A stretch of 19,999 bases of DNA from Acidobacteriota bacterium (GCA_036507075.1 DASXQR010000029.1:1-19999), one strand, 5' to 3'. Positions 9,185 through 17,958 are shown, counted from the first letter of the stretch. Numbers and translations are program-made. Notes: a model not told the origin generated them from the letters alone.

Positions 9185-9273
9185 AGCTAACAATGGCATG
9201 CAGCCAACGCGCCACCGCGATTCCCTTGGATCGATATTATTTCCTAGCGCGCGGCTGATGCCGGGCGTTCGAC
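9185..9273 (+). other. attC site (intact)
   Basis: R'' AGCTAAC, arms ggcatgcagccaacgcgc / gcgcgcggctgatgcc, R' GTTCGAC. Confidence 0.88.
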
Positions 9274-9288
9274 CGAGAATGAAATGAG

Positions 9289-9555
9289 ATGAGATACGTG
9301 AAGCCACGCAACGGTATCGGGTTGTGCGCTCCGCCAAGCCGGCGTCTGCGGATCACAAGCTACAGCGACGTAGTCCGCGACTACATCCGGCGGAAGCGCA
9401 ACGACGCAGCTGCCGAGTTGGCGTTCTTCAGGCAGCAGCCGTCATTGGTCAAGGCCATCCATTACGCAGCTCGTTCGATAACACCGTGTGGCAAGCGACA
9501 TCCCCACCAGCGGCGTCGCCCGGCTAACACCCTCGCGGTTGCTGAGCGCAGGCGA
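9289..9555 (+). pseudogene. Cassette hypothetical gene, apparently 3'-truncated
   Basis: Starts 16 bp after attC; contains GKRHPHQRR; runs into the RBS of the next gene with no closing attC. Confidence 0.5.
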
Positions 9556-9584
9556 AAACTAAACATAGTCACAGGAGGATTACA

Positions 9585-10052
9585 TTGCCAACGCGACGAA
9601 AGTTTCTGAAAAAGAGCAGTCATGTTTGTGCTGGCGCTGTTGCTAGCATGACTGCATTCGCTACCACCGCTGCAGCGGATGCTGCTGAGGCACAGAAATT
9701 CCTCTTGATCGGTTTGGTAGGCTCGGAAAATCCCACGCGAGCTAATTTCCCATTTGTATGGGCTGGGGCGCTACGCGAAGCAGGAAGCGAGGTACGGATA
9801 GAATTGGCCGGAGATGCAACTGTACTGATGAGAACTGTTGTTTCAAATAGTGTAACGCCTGTGGGATGGCCACCCTTCAGTCAAGCATTGGCCAAAGTGG
9901 TGGAACTTAAAATTCCTATCTTCGTCTGAAAAGCCTGTGCAACTGCCCGTGGGGTAGTAGAGGAAGACTTGGCGGGAAAGAATGCCCAATTTACCAATCC
10001 GAAGCTTACTGCAGCGACGATGCGATGGGCAACAAAGATTCTCGTGGTGTAA
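9585..10052 (+). CDS. Tat-signal DsrE-like protein, probable selenoprotein (Sec at TGA 9927-9929, UxxC)
   Basis: AGGAGG plus TTG start; PTRRKFLK Tat motif; GSENPTRANFPF ... VRIELAGDATVLM; frame continues after TGA as KACATARGVVEEDLAGKNAQF...WATKILVV* (TAA 10050-10052). Confidence 0.85.
9930..9963 (+). promoter_or_regulatory. Candidate bacterial SECIS hairpin
   Basis: Stem actgccc (9942-9948) / gggtagt (9952-9958) with a GUG apical loop starting 19 nt after the UGA. Confidence 0.6.
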
Positions 10053-10222
10053 TGTTATTCACGAGATCGACTCGCCTTGCGAGATATTTGAGCCGCAGAA
10101 GACTTTGATGACAGCGGTTTTCCTATCGATTCTATGGCGGCTCTTTTCCTTCACTTAGGTCCGCAGGGATTAGCTTACGGAGTCACAAGACGGCGGCGAT
10201 GTTTTTCGGAGGCGACAGTCTG

Positions 10223-10708
10223 ATGGATTCACGCATTGTTCAATTAAGTGACGTTCTTCGACTCAACACGAGGCTCTTCCGCAATTGTCTCGATGGCCTC
10301 ACGGAGGAACAGGCCAGAGTGCGTCCGTCGGGGACTACCAACAGCGCAGCCTTCGTCGCCGCTCACGTGGCCGACGCGCGCTTTTACCTTCTCCGCGTGC
10401 TCGGCGCCGAGCGGCCGAACCCACTCGCCCGCTACTTGAATGGCGCGCGCAGTATCGACGATCTGAGCCAGTACCCGTCGCTGACGGAGATCCAGACCGC
10501 GTGGACCACAGCCTCCCACGCGCTTCGCGATCGTCTCGACGCGGTGACGGCCGCGGAATTGGATGCCCCGGTCACGATTGGATTCCCCGTCGCCAATCAG
10601 ACTGTGCTCGGCGTGCTCACTTTTCTGGTGCAGCACGACAGCTACCACGTGGGGCAACTGGCGCTCTTGAGGAAGTACGCGGGGTTACCCGCAATGCGAT
10701 ACACGTAG
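10223..10708 (+). CDS. DinB family protein
   Basis: NSAAFVAAHV and HDSYHVGQL motifs; GGAGG RBS before ATG 10223. Confidence 0.88.
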   Translation: MDSRIVQLSDVLRLNTRLFRNCLDGLTEEQARVRPSGTTNSAAFVAAHVADARFYLLRVLGAERPNPLARYLNGARSIDDLSQYPSLTEIQTAWTTASHALRDRLDAVTAAELDAPVTIGFPVANQTVLGVLTFLVQHDSYHVGQLALLRKYAGLPAMRYT

Positions 10709-10776
10709 CTCCGCTTCGCTCTGCCACGGGCCCAGCCTGTCTCCCCCAAAAAACGGCGGACTCGGCACCCTTGCGA

Positions 10777-11087
10777 TTATCGACGCGCGCTGGTGGCTCG
10801 CTCGTGGTTCCGTCGGAACAGCTCGATTACGTTGGCCACCTCGGAGGCCGTCCGCATGGGGACTGTGACCCAGCCAGACTCGGGCAGAACGTGGTGGGGT
10901 CTGGCCCGGCCTGCCGCAACGAGCTCGTCGCGGACTCGCCGCGGGAAGGGCAAATCGGCGATGGAGCCATGCAGATGTCCCAACTCACGGCGTCCGAACT
11001 GAAATGCGATCCCGCCAAAACGGTGTTCGTGTGTCGTGACTCCCTCCCAGCTCGCGATTGGCGTATTCGCGCTTCGATCGTTTGCAT
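10777..11087 (-). pseudogene. Luciferase-like domain (DUF5519) protein, frameshift near 5' end
   Basis: SWEGVTTHEHRFGG ... RELGHLHG ... PHHVLPESGWVT; AGGAG plus ATG at 11087 is out of frame with the domain (shift near 11058). Confidence 0.75.
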
Positions 11088-11368
11088 TGGGACTTCTCCT
11101 GTCAGGCCGGCTGGCAGCCCAAGGGCGTGGTGGGAACCATGTAAGTCGGCGCATTCCACGCGAAATTCGCCGCCGTGTCCTGTGACGCCCGTCAACGCTG
11201 GAGCAGGCAAAACCACAAGGGAATGAAATGACATGTGCCTGGGCCCGAGCCGACTCACCGGGTCCCCACCACGCCCTTGCGGGACGTGGCTCTGCGCTTC
11301 GCGTGCCGGTCGTCGCCCCGGGAATCCGTGCGGCGATGCTGATCGCCTCGTCGAGATTCCCGGCGTCG

Positions 11369-11437
11369 GGCTAACAACACCTTGCAGCCGGGCCTCTCTC
11401 CGCGTTCGCTTCGTTCGGACGGCTGAACGCAAATCTT
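11369..11437 (+). other. attC remnant with R' lost
   Basis: R'' GGCTAAC, ttgcagccg ... cggctgaa arms; at the expected GTT the sequence reads CTTCACC, the start of a REP-like repeat. Confidence 0.5.
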
Positions 11438-11500
11438 CACCGCCAAGAACGCCAAGAACGCTAAGAAAAGCGCCAATCTCTGCGTCTTTTTTGCATCTTG
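11436..11500. repeat. REP-like element with 9-bp tandem units
   Basis: cgccaagaa cgccaagaa cgctaagaa (11441-11467) followed by loosely complementary ctctgcgtcttttttgcatcttg. Confidence 0.6.
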
Positions 11501-11519
11501 TCCCGTATACCCGGATAGG

Positions 11520-12116
11520 ATGAATGCCGCGGCGTATTGCACCGAGTTCCGAGTGGAAAAGGACAGTTCCGAAATCGTTCGCGGCCTCCGGCGCCGCGAC
11601 CCTGAGCTTCTGGACCGGCTGATCGAGCAATATCAGCATCGGCTGTTTCGATATCTGATGTTTCTCATGCGCGATCGAAGCCTGGCTGAGGATCTCTTCC
11701 AGGAAACCTGGCTGCGGGTAATGGAGCGTGGCGGGCAGTACAACAGCCAATGGAAATTCGACGTCTGGCTGCTGGCCATTGCTCGCAACCTGGCGATCGA
11801 TCAGATGCGCCGTCGCAATCGCGTTGTCTCGATCGATCTTGATCCCGAGCGCGACGAGCAGCCCTTTGACGCCGCCCACCCGCGCCAGCCTTCCACCGTC
11901 GACGCGCTGATCGAAGCGGAACGACAGGAGCAGATCGCGTCTGTTCTGGACCGCTTGCCCGCCTATTATCGAGAGGTGTTGACGCTGCGCTTCCACGAAG
12001 GGATGACACTGGAGGAAATCGCCCAGGTGACTGGGGCTCCGCTTTCGACAGTGAAATCGCGGCTGCGGCGAGCGCTGCAGGTGCTGGCGCAAAAATTGGA
12101 GAGCATGCAGTCATGA
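11520..12116 (+). CDS. ECF RNA polymerase sigma-70 factor
   Basis: Region 2 AEDLFQETWLRV ... WLLAIARNLAIDQMRR; region 4 LDRLP..YREVLTLRFHEGMTLEEIAQVTGAPLSTVKSRLRRA. Confidence 0.95.
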   Translation: MNAAAYCTEFRVEKDSSEIVRGLRRRDPELLDRLIEQYQHRLFRYLMFLMRDRSLAEDLFQETWLRVMERGGQYNSQWKFDVWLLAIARNLAIDQMRRRNRVVSIDLDPERDEQPFDAAHPRQPSTVDALIEAERQEQIASVLDRLPAYYREVLTLRFHEGMTLEEIAQVTGAPLSTVKSRLRRALQVLAQKLESMQS

Positions 12117-12610
12117 CAAACGAAAAAACTCACCGCCGCGCGCGCCATTTGTTGGGCGAGCGCAGCTTCACAGAACTGAACAGAGAAGACACTGCCTGGC
12201 TGGAACAGCATCTGGAAGCGTGTCCCGAGTGCGCCGGCTTTGCAGAGTCTGTCGCACAGGCGATTACCGCGCTGCGGATGTCGACCGCGGTGGCGCCGCC
12301 CGCATTAGTTGCCGCGACGCGCCGAAGTGTCCGGATCCATGCCAGGTTCTTGCAACAAACCGAAAGCCGGGAGCGGATGCTGATGCTTTCATGCGCGCTG
12401 GCGGCGATTTGGGGCGCGTTGCTGCAGCCTTACTTATGGCGTGTCATCCGTTGGGTGGCCGAAGGACTCCACATGCCTGATCCGGTCTGGCAGGCCACTT
12501 TTGTGGTTGCGTATCTGCTCCCCGGAATAGCCGCGGCGGCCGCTTTCCTGGGGCGACGTCGGACAGAGGATGTCGCCTCGCCGGGCGTTTCTGGAAGGAG
12601 AACACGATGA
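12113..12610 (+). CDS. Zinc-binding (zf-HC2/ZAS) membrane anti-sigma factor
   Basis: HLEACPEC (HxxxCxxC), two C-terminal hydrophobic segments, ATGA overlap with the sigma gene. Confidence 0.88.
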   Translation: MTNEKTHRRARHLLGERSFTELNREDTAWLEQHLEACPECAGFAESVAQAITALRMSTAVAPPALVAATRRSVRIHARFLQQTESRERMLMLSCALAAIWGALLQPYLWRVIRWVAEGLHMPDPVWQATFVVAYLLPGIAAAAAFLGRRRTEDVASPGVSGRRTR

Positions 12611-13116
12611 ACCATGACGTGCACACTTTCGCCTCGGAGCGACGGCTCATTCCCAAGTGGGCCATCGCATTGGCTGTTTTCTTTTTCATCTGCGGCCAGG
12701 TACTGTTTCACTACCTGATGAGGCAGGAATCTAATCCGCCGCCCGAAGTACTGCAAATCTTGTTAGGCGGACTGGTCGGCGGAGTGCTGGCCGTGTGGAT
12801 TCTGCTTGTCGGCTATGTGACCCGCGATGCCCGTCGCCGCGGCATGCGAGTCTGGGCCTGGACCCTGCTGGTAATTTTCGTGCCCGAGGGAATTGGATTC
12901 ATCATTTATTTTATCCTTCGTAAACCACTGCTGGTGGTCTGCCCGCGGTGTGCGGCAGTGGTGCGCTCTCCAGCCAACTTTTGCCGTGGCTGTGGCTACC
13001 AGTTGGCACAGACTTGTCCGCGCTGCGGCCACGCCATCGGGTCGGCGGATTTCTATTGCCTCAACTGCGGCTCGCCCCTTCGTCCATCACCGGAGCGCGC
13101 GCCGCAGCAGGTTTAG
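12607..13116 (+). CDS. Membrane protein with PLDc_N-like segment and double zinc ribbon
   Basis: TM helices, RDARRRGM..WTLLVIF..GFIIYFILR, then CPRC/CRGC/CPRC/CLNC; ATGA overlap. Confidence 0.85.
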   Translation: MNHDVHTFASERRLIPKWAIALAVFFFICGQVLFHYLMRQESNPPPEVLQILLGGLVGGVLAVWILLVGYVTRDARRRGMRVWAWTLLVIFVPEGIGFIIYFILRKPLLVVCPRCAAVVRSPANFCRGCGYQLAQTCPRCGHAIGSADFYCLNCGSPLRPSPERAPQQV

Positions 13117-13366
13117 ATCCGCTAAACCTGCCGGCGCGCGGACGGTGATATCCATTCAGAACTGACCGCAACTTTCGTGCCAGCGGATAGGGTTACAATG
13201 AACGGGAAATGAGGCCGGTCCTGGACCGCTGTTTTGGTTTTGTGTGGAACTTCGTTTCCGTTTCCGATGTCCCTGGTCTTATCATTGTCTTGAATCTCAT
13301 ATCGGATCGTTTTCCTGATGGACTGGGAAAGCGCGAAGAAACCGCCCCTTCGTCGCGAGGCGCATA

Positions 13367-13912
13367 ATGGAACAATCCGCCCTGTCGCTGCTTGTCGCTT
13401 GGGAGAGCTTTTACGTCATCATCGGATCCTCGGCCGCAGCGCTCACGGGTCTACAGTTCGTAGTGATTGTCCTGGGCGCCGAAGTGAAGGGGCTGGGCGT
13501 CCCGACGACCCGCGCTTTCGGCACTCCCACGGTTGTCCACTTCTGCGCCGTTCTGCTCATCTCAGCGATTCTGAGCGCACCGTGGCGCTCGCTCGCGAGT
13601 GCGGCCGTTGGTCTCGGCGCCTGCGGGCTGGCTGGATTTGTCTACGCCCTGATCGTGGTCAGGCGCGCGCGGCGGCAGACTGACTACGTGCCGGTGCTGG
13701 AGGACTGGTTATGGCACGGTGCGCTTCCACTCATCGCCTACGCGGCGCTTCTGGCGGCTTCGGTCGTACTCGGGCGCCAGCCCGTGGGGTCCCTGTTCGT
13801 GATAGGTGCGACTGCCGTCCTCCTGCTGTTCGTCGGAATCCACAATGCCTGGGATGCGGTCACGTACATCGCGCACGAGGGACGACGAAAGTCGGAGGGT
13901 TCCCAGGGATAG
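13367..13912 (+). CDS. Hypothetical multi-pass membrane protein
   Basis: WESFYVIIGSSAAALTGLQFVV ... GIHNAWDAV; about five hydrophobic segments; GAGG RBS. Confidence 0.85.
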   Translation: MEQSALSLLVAWESFYVIIGSSAAALTGLQFVVIVLGAEVKGLGVPTTRAFGTPTVVHFCAVLLISAILSAPWRSLASAAVGLGACGLAGFVYALIVVRRARRQTDYVPVLEDWLWHGALPLIAYAALLAASVVLGRQPVGSLFVIGATAVLLLFVGIHNAWDAVTYIAHEGRRKSEGSQG

Positions 13913-13921
13913 TAGTTAAGA

Positions 13922-14731
13922 TTGCGTAAATTCCCGCATGAATTTTCATCACAAAAGACACGAAGGATACAAAGCGGAACGAGGAGCGGGCAGAGCATTG
14001 CTGCCCGGAGCGCCTTGAACTCACCTGACTACGTAACGGTGCGCCGCCGCGATCGTGTCTTCTATATTGTCATGGCGGTCGCAGCGGCTGTCGTCGTCTT
14101 CGCCGGTTTCGCCCGTACCTACTACCTGCGAAATTTATTCGGAAATCCCCCGCTCCGTTTGCTGCTTCATGTCCACGGCCTTCTGTTCACGTCCTGGCTC
14201 GCGCTCTTTTTCATTCAGGTCACACTGGTCGCTGCCAAACGAACCGACATACATCGCCGATTGGGCGTTGCCGGAGCTGTCCTGGCAGCGCTCATGACGG
14301 TGATCATCCCCATCACAGCGATCCAGGCATCCAAGCCCGGATTTCGACCGGGGCCGCCGGCTGCGCTCACGTCCCTGTCCGTGCCGTTGATCAACATTCT
14401 GGTTTTTGCGATCCTGGTGACGGCGGGGTTCCACTATCGCCGGAAGAGCGAAACCCACAAGAGGCTGATGCTGCTGGCGACCATCTCCGTTCTTCCCGCC
14501 GCCATTGCCCGTCTGCCTTTCGCTTTCATCTCTGCCAACGGAGCCCTTGCGTTTTTCGGACCCACCGATTTGATTCTCGTCCCCTGTATTGTTTACGACG
14601 CGGTTGTTCACCGGCGCGTGCATCCGGCCTACATCTGGGGCGGCCTGCTGCTGATCGCGTCGCAACCTCTGTGCGTGAAACTCGGGCACACCGCAGCCTG
14701 GCTCACCTTTGCCCAATGGTTGACCCGCTGA
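13922..14731 (+). CDS. Hypothetical multi-pass membrane protein (start uncertain)
   Basis: GFARTYY, HVHG, HRRLG, HKRLMLLAT, RVHPAY; about seven hydrophobic segments with spaced His residues. Confidence 0.8.
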   Translation: MRKFPHEFSSQKTRRIQSGTRSGQSIAARSALNSPDYVTVRRRDRVFYIVMAVAAAVVVFAGFARTYYLRNLFGNPPLRLLLHVHGLLFTSWLALFFIQVTLVAAKRTDIHRRLGVAGAVLAALMTVIIPITAIQASKPGFRPGPPAALTSLSVPLINILVFAILVTAGFHYRRKSETHKRLMLLATISVLPAAIARLPFAFISANGALAFFGPTDLILVPCIVYDAVVHRRVHPAYIWGGLLLIASQPLCVKLGHTAAWLTFAQWLTR

Positions 14732-14762
14732 GACGCCAAGCGATAGGCCGTTTCGCTGTATC

Positions 14763-14946
14763 CTGGAGTTTCTACATTTTGGGGAGTGGAGAGACGGCCT
14801 GAGGGCCGTCTCAGGGGATTCTACATTTTGTGAGTACAGACGGCCCTCAGGCCGTCTCTCCGCGATGCAAAGTGCCAGGCTGAGACGGCCGCCAGAGCGT
14901 GGCGGCAAAGACGCTATTTCCCGTTGCCACAAATGTAGAATCTCAG
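14763..14946. mobile_element. MITE/REPIN-like palindromic element
   Basis: Imperfect terminal IR ctggagtttctacattt / aaatgtagaatctcag, a second ttctacatttt at ~14819, and an internal perfect 24-bp IR (14788-14811 / 14838-14861). Confidence 0.65.
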
Positions 14947-15047
14947 GGTTGGTTGAAAAATAACCAGCCCCCTTTTACATATTCTTTATCTTCATGTAAC
15001 AATTCCTGTGATCCGGTTCTTATGCCGAGTTCGTTGGCCTGTTTGCA

Positions 15048-15199
15048 ATGATACGTTTTAAGCATTCGCTCTATTTCGTTCTCCTGCTCGTCTGTTTCGC
15101 TCCCATCGTGCGCGCAGAAGACAAATGGCTGCGCGTCAAAACGGAGAATTTCACTGTCATCGGCAACGCCGGCGCCAAATCAATCGAGCAGACGGTTTC
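15048..15199 (+). pseudogene. N-terminal fragment of a secreted protein
   Basis: Signal peptide MIRFKHSLYFVLLLVCFAPIVRA then EDKWLRVKTENFTVIGNAG; interrupted where the duplicated segment begins (15200). Confidence 0.65.
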
Positions 15200-15455
15200 T
15201 CACAAATTGCGCGCAGATCAGCTCCGGCTTGTCGAAAATGTTTCGCCAATACGCGACCTCGACCACCACTGCCAATCAAGGCTACGCCAATGCGCTCGTT
15301 GGCGCCTGGCAAGCCACTGAAGCGCGGCGAAGTGGTTAGCCCTAACCCCGCGACGCCTCCGGCGCTGCGACCCAGGAACGAGCGGCGAGTTGTTGCATCT
15401 TTTGTTTTCATAGCTGCCTCTGCTGAAGGTTTGGGTACAGGATAATATACCTACT
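15200..15455 (-). pseudogene. Diverged duplicate of the Gfo/Idh/MocA 5' end and upstream region (2092-2342)
   Basis: About 18-20 differences over ~255 bp by manual alignment; this copy reads in frame MKTKDATTRRSFLG...IGSGGRG...LRAIC and then breaks off. Confidence 0.9.
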
Positions 15456-15456
15456 T

Positions 15457-16125
15457 ATGACAGACCGCCTTATGACAGACCGCGTATTCAGACACTACCT
15501 GATCGTGTCGTTTTTGCTGACATTGATAACCAGTCCGTCGTCGCCAGGACAAGGCGTGGCGGGTAATTCAGGATTCGACAAGATCCTTCAGCGAGAACTC
15601 CTGAAAATGGGCAAAGAGGACCAGCGGCACAGAAATCGAATGATGTCGCTTATGAAGCAGGGGTTGAAGGATCCAAAGGTCCAAAAACGCTTCATCGAGA
15701 TTACCCGGGCGCAGGACACAATTGATCTCAAAAACATGAGCAGGCTCCGGGAGATCATTCAAAAGCATGGCTGGCCTGGCGTCGGTCTGGTCGGGAGAGA
15801 AGCCAGCAGCGCGGCATTTCTCCTTCTTCAGCACGCGGAATTGAGCGACCAAAAGACCTACTTTCCGATGCTCAAGGCTGCTGCCGAAAAATATGATGCA
15901 TCCATCGCCGATTCCTCCATGCTGGAAGATCGTATATTGATGAGAGAAGCAAAACCGCAGGTTTACGGGACACAGCTTTCGACGAATCACATCACGGGCA
16001 AGTTAGAGCTATGGCCAATAGCGGAAGAGGAAAGCGTGGATTCGCGACGAGCAGCGGTTGGGTTGCCGCCCCTGGCACAGTACCTGAAGTTTTTTGGATT
16101 ACAGTACACTCCGCCGAAAAGGTAA
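15457..16125 (+). CDS. DUF6624-like secreted protein
   Basis: EDQRHR, IIQKHGWPG..LVG, LLLQHA, LEDR, PQVYGTQ, RRAAVGLPPL; N-terminal hydrophobic stretch. Confidence 0.85.
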   Translation: MTDRLMTDRVFRHYLIVSFLLTLITSPSSPGQGVAGNSGFDKILQRELLKMGKEDQRHRNRMMSLMKQGLKDPKVQKRFIEITRAQDTIDLKNMSRLREIIQKHGWPGVGLVGREASSAAFLLLQHAELSDQKTYFPMLKAAAEKYDASIADSSMLEDRILMREAKPQVYGTQLSTNHITGKLELWPIAEEESVDSRRAAVGLPPLAQYLKFFGLQYTPPKR

Positions 16126-16282
16126 GTCGCCCATCCTGTGGCACCAGCGGCATGCCGCGTCGCTACGTGTGGGCGCAGCGAAGCTTCGCCAAGGTCGTTT
16201 CCCGCCTGACTCGATTCATCTGTTACAGTTGTTGGTATACCGACAGTCCGCGGCTTGTTAGAATCAGGCTCGAAAATGCTTC

Positions 16283-17845
16283 ATGATGGAAGCATTCCCT
16301 TCCACACATTTCAATAATGGTAACGGAGGAATTGTGGCAGCACGTCCAGGAAGAACAATACGCCAGCTCTCTTCGAACGTGGCAGGTTGGGGTTTTGAAA
16401 CGGTTCTCTCGATGCTTGTTTTTGCCCTCGCTCTCGGCCTCGCCTTCCGGACTCAGGGAGAGCGGAGCCATCCTGACCGGCTGGCGCGACCCGAACCGTG
16501 GCCGGGCTCTGGCGACGGCGCTCACTGTTCGGCGCGAGTGCAGTTCGGCTTTGAGGTCAATCGGGGGCAAGCCCGGGATGAGGTGCAATTTATCTCGCGC
16601 GGGAATGACTACACCCTCTTTTTGTCGCCTCGAGAAGTAGTTTTGAGCCTGACTGAGACCGAGCCCCTGTCCGGCGTGCTTGCAACCCCAACCCCGGCCG
16701 AGCCCCTGCCCCGCGCCGGAGCCACGAAAACGCGTTCGGTAATCCGCATGCGCCTGATCGGATCGAACCGCGGACCCGATCTGGAAGGTATCGGACCGCT
16801 CGAGGGTAAAAGCCACTACCTGATCGGCAATGAACCTGACCATTGGATTCGAGACGTCCAGCGATATGCCAAGGTGAAATATCGGCAGGTTTACCCGGGA
16901 ATCGACATGGTCTTCCACGGAACCGGAGGCCGACTGGAATTCGACTTTGAATTGGCGCCTGCGGCCGATCCAAAAGCAATAGGCGTAGAGGTGATTGGCG
17001 CCGAAGAGTTATTGCTCGGCCCCTTGGGGGATCTGAACCTTCGCGCAGGCAGCCAGTCGATCAGCATCAAGGCCCCAACTGTTTTCCAAAAGGGAGATAA
17101 TGAAAACCTCATACCAGGACGATTTCGAATCACAGGGAAAAACAGGTTTGGGTTTGATATCGGCCCGTATGATGTGAACAAGCCGTTAGTCATCGACCCG
17201 GTATTGAGTTTCTCAACCTATCTGGCCGGAAGCGCCGGAGCTACGGGTCTTGGTATTGCCACCGACGCGTCCGGCAACATATACGTGACGGGAGATGCCA
17301 GTTCGGCGGATTTTCCAGTGCGCAATCCGATCCAGTCCGCCTACGGCGGAAGTGGCGACATTTTCGTCGCCAAGTTCAACCCAAGCGGCTCGGAGCTGAT
17401 CTATTCCACATTCATCGGCGGCAACAGCTTCGACACTCCTTTCGACATTGCAGTGGATTCTTCAGGGAACGCCTGCATTACCGGCACTGGGAAGGCACAC
17501 AAATCTGGAGTGCAATTTCTTGCCGGAACTGACTTCGGTGTGCCATACGTCGTCCCCGGTTTCAGCCTGCACGAGCTGGCGCTGTTTGTGCAAGCGGGCT
17601 TCACTCCATTGGAGGCACTCCAGACCGCCACCATCAATCCGGCAAAATTTCTCGACCAGGCCGATTCCCTCGGCACGGTGGAGAAAGGTAAATTGGCCGA
17701 TCTGGTTTTGCTCGAAGCGAATCCATTGGAAGACATCCACAACACACAAAAGATCAATGCGGTCGTGGTTAATGGGAGACTCATACCAAAGTCAGAGTTG
17801 CAAGCGATGCTGGCCAGCGTTGAGGCAGAGGCTAATAAGAAATGA
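16283..17845 (+). CDS. In-frame chimera: SBBP-repeat protein N-terminal part plus amidohydrolase C-terminus
   Basis: FEVNRGQ, YRQVYPGID, LVIDPVLSFSTYL, IATDASGNIYVTG (SBBP type) up to ~17488; then GVQFLAGTD, TPLEALQTATINPA, GTVEKGKLADLVLLEANPL (amidohydrolase tail). Confidence 0.8.
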   Translation: MMEAFPSTHFNNGNGGIVAARPGRTIRQLSSNVAGWGFETVLSMLVFALALGLAFRTQGERSHPDRLARPEPWPGSGDGAHCSARVQFGFEVNRGQARDEVQFISRGNDYTLFLSPREVVLSLTETEPLSGVLATPTPAEPLPRAGATKTRSVIRMRLIGSNRGPDLEGIGPLEGKSHYLIGNEPDHWIRDVQRYAKVKYRQVYPGIDMVFHGTGGRLEFDFELAPAADPKAIGVEVIGAEELLLGPLGDLNLRAGSQSISIKAPTVFQKGDNENLIPGRFRITGKNRFGFDIGPYDVNKPLVIDPVLSFSTYLAGSAGATGLGIATDASGNIYVTGDASSADFPVRNPIQSAYGGSGDIFVAKFNPSGSELIYSTFIGGNSFDTPFDIAVDSSGNACITGTGKAHKSGVQFLAGTDFGVPYVVPGFSLHELALFVQAGFTPLEALQTATINPAKFLDQADSLGTVEKGKLADLVLLEANPLEDIHNTQKINAVVVNGRLIPKSELQAMLASVEAEANKK

Positions 17846-17866
17846 GTTTGTCTGTAAAATCATCGG

Positions 17867-17958
17867 GCCTAACACCCGTTCCAGCGGAGCCGCCGCACCC
17901 GAGTCATGTGACTATCATCAATCGCTCGGCGGCGGCCCGCTGAACATGGCCGTTAGGC
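17867..17958 (+). other. attC site (intact)
   Basis: R'' GCCTAAC, arms gttccagcggagccgccg / cggcggcccgctgaac, R' GTTAGGC. Confidence 0.9.

Noticed and set aside
9523..9555. GGCTAAC...gctgagcgcaggcg as a collapsed attC
   Set aside because: No complementary arms or GTT; it reads as ordinary coding sequence of the 9289 ORF.
10827..12092. 421-aa minus-strand ORF and similar long antisense ORFs (2498-3400, 10285-11226, 14135-14932)
   Set aside because: Shadow frames of recognisable genes in GC-rich DNA; no motifs of their own.
14763..14946. TTCTAC...GTAGA motifs resembling Cas12a CRISPR repeats
   Set aside because: No regular repeat-spacer periodicity, the motifs are inverted element ends, and no cas genes are present.
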